Below are positions 15,401 through 29,480 of a stretch of 64,000 nucleotides of DNA, in pieces. Position 1 is the stretch's first letter. Each line of letters opens with the position of its first letter. The notes under the pieces are model-generated. The model made no database searches. It was not told the DNA's origin and worked only from the letters and a program-made list of their open reading frames with translations. Location of the stretch: assembly GCA_951406725.2 (NCBI GenBank), contig OX597820.1:65162001-65226000 (forward strand). Direction: 5' to 3'. The DNA is from Octopus vulgaris (taxonomy: Eukaryota). The translations under genes and the position numbers were made by a program.

Positions 15401-15536
15401 TACTTTGCTCCATGTACGCATGCACGTAGGTATGCATGCACTAATTTACGCAAGTATGTACGCACGCACGCACGCACGCACGAATGTATGTATGTATGTT
15501 TTATGCATGTTTTAAAAACAAAAAGAGAGAGAGAGA

Positions 15537-15583
<47 letters not shown>

Positions 15584-16042
15584 TATGTATATATGTATGT
15601 ATGTATAACCGGAGCCTCCGTATAGTCCGCTAAAATATAGATCTGCACTTGCAAAACACTTCTCTGACGTGCAAGTATAAATTTCTTATTTCAAGGGAAA
15701 CCAAGAGAAGGTCATCCAAGCATACGTTCACTGTTCACGCCATCGACGCTAAGTGAAAGGCAAGGGCCGATAAAGATTGGAATCAGCTTTCTCGCAATCT
15801 TAGCCATCAGAACTCAAGCATATTATATGATAATACATGCGATGTTCTAACTGTGCTCTCCTATCTTCTTCATCTTCGTAGACTGGCACTTTACACATCA
15901 AGCATGACAGAATAATAGGTAAAGTTGATCTTGACGTATATGTATCTGTGTGTGTGTACAGATTGTCCCCTTCTTTTTTGTTGCCTTATAGTTTTAACTG
16001 GCAAATTTATGTTCCACCCTTGCTTTGTCGTAGACCGCCTCT

Positions 16043-16107
<65 letters not shown>

Positions 16108-16754
16108 CTGATCTGCATCTCAAAATCCTGTGATCGCCCTCTTCTTTCTATCATGTTTTTCCTGACTTATTCTCATTCCCCCTTTATGTCCATCTCTGAG
16201 TCTCTCTTTCTCTCTATTCACACACTTTCTCTTTCACTTTATTTCTCGCACTCCCCCCTCTCTCTCTTTCTCTCACTCTCTCTCACACACATTCTGGTAT
16301 ATAATCTTTAATCTACCATTATTTAGGGTTGGCTAAAAATTGCTTCCTTCTGCCATATAGTTTACTTTTATTTTTGTTTGTTTCTTTTTTACTCAATACG
16401 ATTAGAACAGTCCATATATCTCACTTGTCTTCTGCATATTCTTGCAATAAAAACAAGGGAACACGCACACACACACACACACATACTCACACACACACAC
16501 CAGACATCTGTTTACTTGTACATGCGCTACCGCACCTAACTATATTAAAAGAATATATTAAATAGTTTTGAATTAACTTAATTTATTACCAAGAATATTC
16601 CTAAATTAATCTGAAGATCCATTGCTCAGAAGCACACCGGTCATAACAGAAATTTATAAATGTTGGTGGTCAAAGGCAAATACTTAATGGAGACAGGATT
16701 TGACCGTCTTCTGTGAACGAGTAATACTTGTATGGTAGTCTTCAGGACTATATT

Positions 16755-16977
16755 TAATCTTTTATTTGTTTCAGTCATTAGAGCGCGGCTATACTGCGAC
16801 ACCGCATTGAAGAGTTTAATCGAACGAACCGACCCCAGAAATAAAAAAAAAAAACCTGGTTCGTATTCTATTTGTCTCTTTTACGGAACTGCTCTGTTAC
16901 GGGGACGTAAACACACCAACACTGACTGTGAAGGAGAGATGATGAACAAACACAGACACAAAGACACACATACATAG

Positions 16978-17012
<35 letters not shown>

Positions 17013-17163
17013 CCGTGTGGTAAGTCACTTGCTTACGAATACATGGTTCCGGGTTCAGTCCTACTGAGTGGCACCTTGGGCAGGTGACTTCTACTATAGC
17101 CTCAGGCCAACCGAAGCCTTGTGAATGGATTTGGTAGACGGAAACTGAAAGAAGCCCCTCGTA

Positions 17164-17211
<48 letters not shown>

Positions 17212-17564
17212 AGTGTGTGTGTGTGTTTGTGTGTGTCTGTGTTTGTTCCCCTAACATCGCTTGCCAACCGATGCTGGTGAGTTTACGTCCACGTAACCTA
17301 GCGGTTAGGCAAAAGACACCGATAGAATAAGTACTAAGCTTACTAAGAATAAGTCCTGGGGTCGATGTGCTCGACTAAAGGCCGTGCTCCATCATGGCCA
17401 CAGTCAAATAACTGAAACAAGTAAAACAGTAAAGAGTAAAAGAGTATATATATAGGATTTGGCCGGCCCAATTCCATAGTAGAAGACACTTGCCCATTGT
17501 GTCACGTTGTGGGACTGAACCCAGAACAATGCGGTTGTGAAGCAAACGTCTTGCCACGTAGCTA
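16755..17564 (-). mobile_element. SINE family A, split by a younger copy
   Basis: The 3' half (16755-16975) and 5' half (17456-17564) lie on the minus strand either side of a plus-strand copy. Confidence 0.8.
17010..17445 (+). mobile_element. SINE family A, near full length, nested
   Basis: tggccgtgtggtaag head through to gtaaagagtaaaagag tail. Confidence 0.9.
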
Positions 17565-18449
17565 CATATGATATATAAAATCAAGTTCAGAAGCAAGATT
17601 CAACATCAAAATATTCATTCACTATTTAATGGAAACCAAGACACGATCTGAGCATATGTTCACTATTCACGCCTGTAGTGCATGCTGGCTGTCATGTTTT
17701 TACCTTACTCGCTACGCTAGGTTTCTGAGTTGACGAGAGTGTTTTTTTGGGGGGGTGGGGGGCTTTTTCTGTTCAAGTACCTGGCGCAATTTAACTCGAA
17801 ATATAAAGGGTGGTAGTTAAAAACTTAAATATACCACTATACTACCATTCTGCAAGCATTGTTAGGTTAAAGGTACTAATTTATCGACCCAGGTATGTTT
17901 ATAAACTCAGAAAACATTACATGAGTAAATAATGGATTTTTTAATGCATCTTTTTACAGGTTCTACAGTTTGCCGACATTTTAGAATATCATTTCTTATT
18001 TTGGCAAAATGCCATATATTTTAGCGGACAGGTTAATCGTTTAAAGCAATCTCACTGTTTCACTAATATTGTATTTTATCTATCCCGGAAGGACAAAAAA
18101 CAAAGTTCACCTCGGTAACTTTTGAACTGAAAACATTAAAAGCCGTGACTAAATACCGTAAGTCATTTCGTTCGACGCTCGAGCGATTTCACCAATCGAC
18201 CGACCTCACCATTTCTGCTATTGATAATGATTTCTCTCAGTGACCACAACCCACACTTTTGATTATCGTATCACATAGTCGACGACATCATCAATTCAGC
18301 ACTACACTGCTACTTGTTTTCATGTACCCCAGAGAGGGGCAACACGAGGTGGACCTCTCCAGGATTGGAACTCAAGACATAAAGAAACATGACGTAACGT
18401 CGATACGTATGTTTTCTGACACTGACATAGTGCCATGCACCATATTTAT

Positions 18450-19012
18450 AATAATGGCTTCAAATTTTGGCACAAAACCAGCTAATTGAAAGAGACAGGT
18501 CTTAGTCGAATACAGTGTTCAACTAGATAAAAGATTAAGTCGGACTCGGTGGAATTTGAGCTGGAAGAAATACTGCTAAGCATTTTGTCCGACGCTCTAA
18601 CGATTCTTTTCTGCTCTAAGAACAAGGCCCAAAATTTTGTGGGAGGGAGCCAGTCAATTAGATTGACCCCAGTACTCAACTGGTATTTAATTTATCGACC
18701 CCGAAACGATGAAAGGCAAAGTTGACCTCGGCAGGATTTGAAATCAGAACGTAAAGACAGACGAAATACCGTTAAGCATTTCGTCCGGTGTGCTAACGTT
18801 TCTGCTAGCTCGCCGCCGTCATATTTTTCATAATAATATTGGTTTCAAACTTTAGTACGAAGCTAGCAATTTCAGGAAGAAAGTAAGTCGATTATATCGA
18901 CCCCAGTGCTTAACTGGTACTTATTTTATGGACCTCGAAATATAAAAGACAAAGGCAACCTGAACAGAATTTGAAATAGAACATAAAGACGAACCAATTC
19001 CTGCAAAACTCA
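18450..19012 (-). mobile_element. Tandem array of ~3 SINE family B copies
   Basis: Repeated caaattttggcacaa..gtcga..ctggta..ggaatttga..cgctaagcattt modules start at about 18455, 18610 and 18840; further decayed copies lie at 17860-18210. Confidence 0.8.
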
Positions 19013-19351
19013 TATTCTCTGTAAACTGCCATCTTTTTGACATTTCACTCCATCTCTGTTCCTCAAAATTCGTCTCAAAATACGAAATGTGGATGTTCCT
19101 CCTTGATTTCGAGACATTTTATCGCCTGTACCATTCTACTCTTTCAAGTTTCATCATTGTACGTAGGTTCGTAAATCTGATTTTACTCATAAGGTATTGG
19201 AATCTTATATGTATACCATTCTGCCTTCAAAAATGGATCTCCAAATACAACATCCCTAAATACCCCACATTTATTTTATTTTCTTTCCTCCACTCCCTCT
19301 CTATTTTATATTATATCTAAATTAACTATTTCTTAACCATTTTCTCACACC

Positions 19352-19399
19352 GTCTCCGATGAAGGGATGTAATAAATATCCTGGGAACAGCTGTAAAAC
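19352..19399 (+). ncRNA. Degenerate type I hammerhead ribozyme motif
   Basis: GTCT CCGATGA AGGGATGT AATAA ATATCCTG GGAAC AGCT GTA AAAC, with a palindromic stem III (ACAGCTGT) and two core substitutions. Confidence 0.5.
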
Positions 19400-19474
19400 C
19401 TTCTATCTATAAATGTTCTAAAATCTACATACCCTTGGTTTTTATATCTCATTAGGAAAAAAACCATTTTAATA

Positions 19475-19552
<78 letters not shown>

Positions 19553-19624
19553 CATACATATATATATATATATAATACATATATATATATATATATACAT
19601 ACATATATATATATATATACATAC

Positions 19625-20686
<1,062 letters not shown>

Positions 20687-20758
20687 CATATATGCATATA
20701 TATATGCATACATACACATATATACATATATATGCATACATATACATATATATATGTA

Positions 20759-20897
20759 AGACATTTACCCCCACCCCAGGGACAATTACCCCTAAGGACA
20801 ACAGATGATGATTTAAAACTTCCTAATATATTGGAGAGGAGGTAATTAACCAAGGAGGGTAATTCTCCTGGGGGCAGTTGTTGGGGGATTTGTCCCA
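20759..20897. mobile_element. Small MITE-like element with G/C-rich subterminal repeats
   Basis: Left end gacatttacccc..ggacaattacccc is mirrored by right end gggtaattctcc..gggggatttgtcc. Confidence 0.5.
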
Positions 20898-20928
20898 TCT
20901 ATTAATGTGGTTTTAAGTTACAAGCACA

Positions 20929-21626
20929 TTGCTAGATCGAAAATACTTGGTCACTCTAATCAAAAACGGGACAGAACGTGCAAAAATGTTAGGCATCCAA
21001 GAGTTACGGAAAACAAGAAAACACCATGACATGCTTAAAACACAATCCGAGGAACACAGAAGCATACAATATCATCACCAAAACACACCCCTCCCTATGA
21101 AGGACCTGCGAATGAAAAAGGCACTGGAAACACATATAATTATTAAAAGCAAGAGACAACTGCAATCCCTAAAAATGTTATTCACCAGCGCCAAAGAACC
21201 CACCAAATATACAATCTCACTACTGAAAAAGTGCAACCGCCCTAACTGCGGAACATACATCTTCCTCTTAGAGGGCTCAACATACACATTCAGTCAGGTC
21301 AAACATATACTATAACAAATAATTTCACCTCTGCTTCGAAAAACTTGATCTATATTCTCAAATGTGGAAGGTGTGGTGGAGACTAGATAGGTAAGACTAA
21401 TTTAACCTTGAGGGACAGACTAACGGTGCACAGGCAATAAATCAACAACCCAACGTCTAGGGAAATTCCCGTGAGCAAATACCTAGACCAATGCCCCGTA
21501 AAAATAAACCCGAAATACCAAATTTTCCCTCTCTATCAATGGACAGGAAACACTTCAACTCAATTCCGTTTAAAAAAGGAAAGTACACTCATTACAAAAT
21601 ATAAAGCACAGCTGAATATCCTTTAG
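20929..21626 (+). pseudogene. Penelope-like element C-terminus: Cys linker and GIY-YIG endonuclease (Neptune-like)
   Basis: KCNRPNCGTY, then FTSASKNLIYILKCGRCGGD*IGKTNLTLRDRLTVHRQ*...RLKKESTLITKYKAQLNIL*. The GIY/YIG equivalents and the R, H, E and N catalytic positions are visible, with in-frame stops. Confidence 0.85.
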
Positions 21627-21879
21627 AAAGGAAAAACACTAAAGTAAAAAGGGGAAAAAGACTCAATTTATCCACACAAAAAAAAAACCCAGCCAGCAAC
21701 AACAAACAATTTTAAAAACTTTCGTAACAGTCTTCAACCCGGGTTTCGAAACCGCAACTCCTAATCACCAGACAAAGACCATTTGTCGATGACACCAATC
21801 TCTAGACCAATGAAATTTTACAAACACCAGTTGCTGACTTCACCTTTCCACGCACCTCTCCACACCACAAGTGTTATGA

Positions 21880-22069
21880 AACGGAAAGGCAAAGCCTATA
21901 CAGCTTGGCACCTGTGACGTCACAACTCATTTCTACAGCTGAATGAACTGGAGCAACGTAAAATAAAGTGTCTTGCTCAAGAACACAACACGCAGCCCGG
22001 TCCGAGATTCGAACTCACAACCTCACAATCATAAGCTCGACACTCTAACCACTGAGTCATGCGCCTTCA
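21880..22069 (-). mobile_element. tRNA-derived SINE family C
   Basis: Minus strand reads ggcgcatgactcagtggttag (A box), gagttcgaatctc (B box), then tgtgttcttgagcaagacactttattttacgttgctccag. Confidence 0.8.
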
Positions 22070-22242
22070 CATACATGTGTATATATATATATATATATAT
22101 TCCCTAATATTTTATTATATATATATATGTGTGTGTGTGTCTGTATGTATGTATTATATATATATATTCTCCCCCTCCCCCTCTTCTCCTCTCTCCACAC
22201 TACACCACACGACTTTACACATCACATCATATATGATGTGCC

Positions 22243-22475
22243 ATACTAATACATACACCAACTAATACATACTAATACGTACTAATACATACTAATACAT
22301 ACTAATACATACACCAACCCTATACATACACACGTCCAGACCTCTCATACGCACTTATACTCTCTCACACACACACACACACTTATACATACTAATACGT
22401 ACTAATACATACTAATACATACACAAACCCCATACATACGCACGTCCAGACCTTTCATACGCACTAATACTCTCT

Positions 22476-22512
<37 letters not shown>

Positions 22513-22586
22513 ATACATACTAATACATACTAATACATACACCAACCCTAACATACACACGTCCAGACCTCTCCTACGCACTAATA
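22243..22586. repeat. Minisatellite, ~3 units of ~110-120 bp
   Basis: Repeated catactaata..accaaccc..cacgtccagacct..cgcact units. Confidence 0.85.
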
Positions 22587-22599
22587 GCTGGTCATTCAA

Positions 22600-22892
22600 C
22601 CCTATTATCAACCCTATTATCTCCCCTTATTTCGCTCTCGCGTCTCATGTTTGATCTTTGACCTCTGGCCGAAATCAGATCGCCATGTTGATTCGTTAGT
22701 TACTGCACGCATTTTTTTTCTCTCCTTCTTTCTGTGTTTTTTTCTCTCTGTGTTTCTTTCTGTTGAAGAAGCGTAGGCTCGAAACGTTAAAGACTTGTTT
22801 TATTTATATTTCCTGAGCGCCATACTAATATAATTGTTTGTTTGTTTCCCACCTGCCTTCGTCTTTTGTCTATTTTCATAAAGCTTCCCGTT
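22600..22892 (+). mobile_element. PLE pseudo-LTR-like unit with HHR variant
   Basis: TCTTT CTGTTGA A GAAGC GTAG GCTC GAAAC GTT AAAGA at about 22755-22793, followed by ttcctgagcg and a T-rich tail ending in (TA)n; lies ~1 kb downstream of the GIY-YIG ORF on the same strand. Confidence 0.65.
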
Positions 22893-23385
22893 ATATATAT
22901 ATATATATGTATATGAATAAAAATATAAATAGGAATACAGAATAGTAATACAAAATAGCAGAGAGACGCACAAAAAAGAAAGAAGAGAGTAAAGGACCAC
23001 TGCCAAGGTCACAGAAGTGTGACGAAAGAACTCTGACCGAAATAGAATTGATAAAAAATGAAACTGAAGCAAGTGAACACCAAATATATAGTGCGTGTTT
23101 TCATTGGCTAAACTGTCAAAATGACTAGCCCCAAATACATCAAATATACATATATATAGATATATATATATATGCATACATTCATATACATATATATATG
23201 CATACATTCATATACATATATATATGCATACATACATATACATATATTACATATATATATATATGTATGCATATATATATATATGCATACATACATACAT
23301 ATATATATATACACATATATATATGCATACATACATACATACATATATATATATACACATATATATATATGCATACATATATATG

Positions 23386-23420
<35 letters not shown>

Positions 23421-24190
23421 GTGTGTGTGTGTGTATGTGTGTATGTATGTATATATGCATACATAAATATTTGTATATGCAAAGCACAGAATTCCATATT
23501 TATATACATATACATTTAAGTATACATATATAGCTCAAATACGTGCACACAATCATATATATAAATATATGTAATGCATACGTGTGTGTAGGTGCCCGTG
23601 AGCGTGTGTGTGTGTGTGTGTTTGTGTGTACAAGTCTGTGTGACTGTGCGCCATATATGTATTTACGCAAATATATGCTCGTATATATGTATATATATAT
23701 GCATGTAGCAGCGCACATATCGAAATATGTAAACACTATTTGTCGATACATCATAATACAACTGTGAGAAAATAAAGAAAAACAGAAACTAGAAGTGCTT
23801 TCATATATATTAAACTAATTAATTTGTACTGTGGTGTGTTGCATAATTTTCTTGAACTCTAATTGCCAACTAAGCACCAACATTATCTGAACAGATATAT
23901 TGACAGTCTGTCTGGAAGAACAAAACGTATGTCTCAGTGCACCAAAATTGTTGCGAATCGTCGAGGTCCAAATGGTGACAGACTCTTTGTTAGATTTATA
24001 TGTTTCCTCGTGGGATATTAACCATCAAAATTATTTTAAAACCATGATTTCCCATATATATATTATACGCGCGCGCTAACACACGCGCGTATACACACAT
24101 ACACATTATCATAAATACGCATATATTTACACTTAAACTCGCACACACAAACACACACACGCGTTCACCTATATGTATACATGTATACAT

Positions 24191-24243
<53 letters not shown>

Positions 24244-24549
24244 CAGAACTGTCTGAGTGTGTGCTTTTGCTTGCGCACGTATGTGTATATGTGTATAAGT
24301 ATGCTTGTATGTATGTATGTATGTATGTATGTATGTATGTATGTATGTATGTATGCATGCTCGATTGTCTATACGTTTCCTTTCATCGTTTTCGGTTACT
24401 TGAATTTGACCACTTTGGGGTACGGCTATGCTGGCTACAGTCGATCATAAACTTCCTCATACATATACATAGATATACACATGCATATCAACATGCACAC
24501 AGATATGTACCTCTGTGTGTGTGTGTTTTTGTGTGTTATAATAGATAAA

Positions 24550-24786
24550 GCGGCGAGCTGGCAGAAACGTTAGCACGCCGGGCGAAATGCTCAGCAGTAT
24601 TTCGTCTGCCGCTACGTTCTGAGTTCAAATTCCGCTTAAGTCGACTTTGCCCTTCATCCTTTCGGGGTCGATTAAATAAGTACCAGTTACGCACTGGAGT
24701 TGGTTGATATAGTCGACTTAATCCGTTTCTCTGTCTTTGTTTGTCCCCTCTGCGCGTAGCCCCTTTTGGGCAGTAAAGAAATAAGA
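24550..24786 (+). mobile_element. SINE family B, full length (long-tail variant)
   Basis: gcggcgagctggcagaaacgttagc head, gagttcaaattcc B box, cttcatcctttcggggtcgat central domain (resembles the Meta/Sauria-SINE type domain from memory), and tail cagtaaagaaataag. Confidence 0.9.
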
Positions 24787-26160
24787 ATATTTGTTTTTTT
24801 CCATGACTCATTGTCTTTCAATCTTAGCATATTTGTTTGTATGCTGCTGTTCAAACTTTGCGAAACGCACCAAGTATTTCCCTGTGGCTTCTAAAAGTCA
24901 CCTACATGCATTTCTCTCCAACATACCGCCACTAACTCAGCCGTAATCTAAAGGTTAAAACTGATGTCGCGTACCAGCCGCTGACTTGTTGGTCCAATAA
25001 CTGGAGATGCTGCGCACAACGAAAATAAACAGTAAAAAACATTTGGATATAGGATATTAGCAGAAACGAATCAGGTGACTTAGAACATGGAGTTCTCATC
25101 GTTGAGCGCTAGCTTCGTCGGGGTTGTGTAGATTACGAGAAGAGGAACAAAAATAATAAATAAATAATACATGTATTTCGCATGACTTCACACGCGCACA
25201 TCCGTATATGTGAGAGAGAAACAGAGAGAGAGACTTAGAGAGAATGGCAGAAAGAAATAGAACGGGCAGACAGAGTGAGAGCGAGAAAGAGGGTTTGACA
25301 AGAGATTATAAACGGAATTGCGTGGAACAGAATTGTGTATTTGCTTGCATCATTATGCTGTTAGTAGCATCATTTAGTTCTACCTGAAGCGTGGTTGGAT
25401 TGTCGGCAATCTCATTAACCCGAGGAGGATATCCATCAGATTTAACTTCTGTGGAACCGCATGTAATTATATAAAATTGTCAGGGTTACAGTCCGATTGA
25501 AGACTGAACGTTTGATGTTAAGCATGAGATAAAACTGCTATGTTACTCTCCCCATGTCGCTTTCTATACTTATGTTTGTCTTCGGATTTTCAGATTAGTG
25601 CAGTGTCAAAAATTTAAACTCCATCATAAATCATTTGTCCCCCATTTACTCTGGTTACTCGCCAATGATTTTCGAGCAAATTAAAACTCTGGTGTTTCGT
25701 TTTTGAAAATTTCATTTGTTTACGTCTTCTATCTGTTGTATTTGTTCTCGCATCCCTTTTCTTGCCTTCGAACTGGGGTAAAACATATTTTGATTCACAG
25801 GCAAGCCTATAAACGCTAATGTCAGGCAACCGTCGTCCCAATGTAAGAGATATTATTTTGATCATGTACTGACAACCCTCTGCTTCTTGACTGGAGTTTC
25901 TTAGATATCATTGATAGCATATTTCCAACATAGGAAGATGTTGCCTACAACTTGTTCAGATTTCAGAGCCGCATAGAAATTATACGCTTTGTTATTCGGC
26001 AGATCATAGTCATCATACACAGACGGCTCAAAATAAACAGACACACCTCATTTTACTGTTTACCTGTGCCGACACTAACTGGTGATTCAGACTTGAAATG
26101 TATTATTATTTATCATTTTAGATAATGACATAATTGTTACACCCAGCGAAGGAACTAGTC

Positions 26161-26545
26161 ATACCACGAACACCAAAAGCATAAAAGCTGTCTGATTTTT
26201 CAAACAGATCAGTCTGAGGGTTGCACAAAACTTAGAGATTCCTTTTGACACAGTCAACGGAGTGATTGTGCAATTTCTTAGCAAGCGCAAAGAATCAACT
26301 GCACCCCATTTAGGTTGATCTGAGCCCTCTGGCAAATGTCTTCAGGATGTCGAGCGAATTGTCGAAAATAATCCCCGTTGTAAAGCAGCTGAAATAGCAG
26401 AGCATTGCCAAATATAGATGAAGTACTTACGTGATAAGTCTTCATCAAGTTGTCCACTAGGATAGAACAGCTAAAAGGGAAACCTATTCTTCGACCAGCA
26501 AATATCCAAAGAAGAAATAAGAAATAAAACTTTCAAAACAGATGG
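26161..26545 (+). pseudogene. Tc1-type transposase N-terminal relic
   Basis: Homologous to the element at 57590-58744 (VENNPRCKAAEIA vs VEDNPHCKASDIA; KPILRPANIQRR vs KLLLRLANIKRK). Confidence 0.7.
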
Positions 26546-27928
26546 CGTCGATTTACTTTCGAGAGGTCCGTCCGTGCCTATCTTTATTCCCAGAAGGGCA
26601 AAGATTGTGCTCGTACATTTTATTTAGTGCTGCATCTCCTGCCCGATATCTTCTGTGAAGTAGAATTGAACCCATTATCTGTATATTGCTAAAGATTACC
26701 AACATGAAAACTTCTGTACAAATTCAAAGAAAAAAGAAGGAAAAACAAAAAAAAAAAATAATGATAATTGCTCTTTCACTATGATCTTGTGTGTTTGGAG
26801 TATTTGTTAGCATTAGGATTCTTTTTGTTGATAGATTTCTCCGTTGAGTTGAGCATGAAGGTTTCTGTGAATTACTGACGAAACTGGATATTCAGCTTTT
26901 GATGTAGGTGTCAACAACTGATTAGAATCACCGGAACTTTCAGTAGCCCTCGTTAATTTATATTAATTGACACCTTCATTGACAACCCACATCATTCGTC
27001 TGAATTAACTAGTTCTTAAATCCTACACACACATGAACAAACATAAATACTACACACACATGAAGAAACATATATATATATAAATCCTACACACAAACGA
27101 ACGAACTTATGTGTGTGCTTGTCTGTCTGTGTATTTATGTATATATACACACATATAAGTGCGTATGTGTTTGATTGTGCGTGCATGTATGTATATGTAG
27201 GGAGATAATTTACTCTTCAGGTGAAGTAGATCTTACTTGCAGTGATTTACTTTACTTTGTTGCTACTCCGAGTTCCTTGACATATGCTTATTTCAACAAT
27301 CTCAGAATAGTGAAAATCAGTGAAATTAAACTTTATTTGATCTCCGAACCTAACAGAGCAAAACCATATATTCTGACATTACAAAGTATTTAATCCGTTA
27401 CCTAAATTATTTTCATTCAGGACTTCAATGTCAAATACTAATCTCTGATTTCAGCTTAAGGCTACACGTTTTGAGTCATTTGAGTGAAGTTCAGTACTTC
27501 CAGAATGAAATAATTGAATTGTAAAGAACAGTAAACGAGGTTGTAGGTAGGGCTCAAGCAAGGATGCCCATCCTCATTTTTGTATATTTCTCATTTTTTA
27601 ATTCATCATTCTATGTTTTATGTCCCCACTTGTACTGTCTTGTCTCTCCTTGTATCGTCGTTCTCTTTGCTTTGGAGCCTCGTGCCTAATAAAGAATCAG
27701 TGAAATTCAGCACTTGAAATCTTCTTTAATTTCTCGGATGGAAGGCAAGAAAAAAAAATATTGTCTTCATCGAGAATTGAACTGAAAATCTAAATGGACG
27801 GTGAATAGTGTAATAGGTTTAAACGTCAACTACCATTAATCTACCCAACGTTCCATTGACAAATAAATCTCACATAATCACAAAACTACTAACTTGGGGA
27901 GGGGGATTTATTATTATACTTACCCTAG

Positions 27929-28345
27929 GGATCTTTTCGTTTTGAACGGCAGTTTTTTCTAGCAGTGTCATATGAAATTGTCACCCATAATTATGACCTT
28001 AGTATCGATCTGCATTTCAATCTGGGTTAGGGTTAGTTAGGGTTAGGGGTGGGGGGAAGGTTATCTTTTTCTTCACAAATGTAAATAAACCCAATTTGTT
28101 TCTTAAATGAGGGACATATTCATACGTCACAGAATGTTTTTTTACCTCAATAGACGTTAGGGATTGGTTGAAATTGCAGAAATTGAAGAAAAAAAACAAC
28201 AAATATCTTACAAACTATAGAATTTTCTGAATAAAGCCAAGAGACAAAGATGTTTTATAAACACATTCTTCCAGTATACGAAGTTTAAAATTTTTTAGTT
28301 ACCTAGAAATTATGTTAAAAACCACCGTTTAAGCCGAAAAGATCC
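27929..28345. mobile_element. MITE with GG-initiated ~28-bp TIRs and 8-bp TSD (Merlin-like)
   Basis: TIR ggatcttttcgttttgaacggcagtttt pairs with aaaaccaccgtttaagccgaaaagatcc. Exact TSD TACCCTAG at 27921-27928 and 28346-28353. Confidence 0.85.
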
Positions 28346-29159
28346 TACCCTAGTATATATCTGGTATTATTTTATCCACAAAGGAAGAATAACAAGTAAA
28401 ACTAGTCTCGGTGAGATTTTGAACTTACTAAATGCTACAGCACATTAAATCTTTCTTTCAACTCTTTAATGACAATTATATTAATTATTAACTTACGCGC
28501 AAAATCTCATATTTTTGTGAGTATACTTTCGATTGCACTGACCCGTCTGTGGCTGGTTGTGATTTTATTCTCCCACTGAAGAATAAAAGACAAAGTGAAC
28601 TTCAAAAGTATTTGAATTTAAACCATAAAGGAATATAGCTAAATCTCGCAAGGTATTTTGTTCACCACTTTATAAATTCTTCCAGTATTCCGACATTTTT
28701 ACTACCAGACACTGCCAAATCTTCCTCACATTTCAGAATTTTAAATCAAGCTTTTATCAAATTTTATTAAAACTTCATCGATTATTAAGCATTTCCATTA
28801 GGGTGATGAAGTGTTCGAAGCGAATGAACGCCGGATTAAATGCCTTTTATGTATTTAGTTAAGGCCCTTTGTTGTTACAAATCCAAAAGATCTCGAAGCC
28901 AATTTGCTTTCACTCATGTAGCATTAAATCAGATGACCAGATTATAATCTTCCCCTATAAGATGTTTGTACTTGTGATGAAGCTAGAAATTTAAAAAGAA
29001 TTAGTACACTTTAACACGAACGTTGATAGTTTCGACGGAAATCCGTTTAAGAAGACTTCATAGTAAACGTTTTTACTGTGATAATTCCACCTGTAAGGTC
29101 TTCAACATCACTAAGTTCTGGAAATCTCATAAGAGTGAAATTTATTAATATGATGGCCT

Positions 29160-29480
29160 GTGAAAAAGATTTGTAATAAGCAGTACCAAGCTTAAATCAA
29201 TATGCAAGAATGTTTCTTACAATAGGTAGGCGTACAACCAGAAATGATCTCGCTTCCAATTCACTTGCATTGCATCAGTTTGAGACAGCTGTGAATAAGT
29301 ATCAGCTGAATGGAGTTTATGAGTTCGTGAAAAGAAATAGATGTGAACGATTTCACATATTTACACAAGGCTGTAAGTTGTTGGAGATGAGTTAAGAGAG
29401 ATTGAATGTCACACAGTATATATTTGCTACAAATTTGATTGACTATAGTAGAAAGGCATGGAGATAAATGCGACATCTGT
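29160..29480 (-). pseudogene. Possible decayed LINE APE-type endonuclease fragment
   Basis: YILCDIQS, FHELINSIQLI and CTPTY..HSCI loosely follow the ILGDFN, L.ELI...L and PTY..S.ID order; weak. Confidence 0.3.

Noticed and set aside
18450-19012. Regularly spaced repeats as a CRISPR-like array
   Set aside because: They are tandem SINE copies in eukaryotic DNA, with no unique spacers or cas genes.
26843-26897. Possible decayed HHR (also ~54895-54938 on the minus strand)
   Set aside because: Too many core changes to distinguish from chance.
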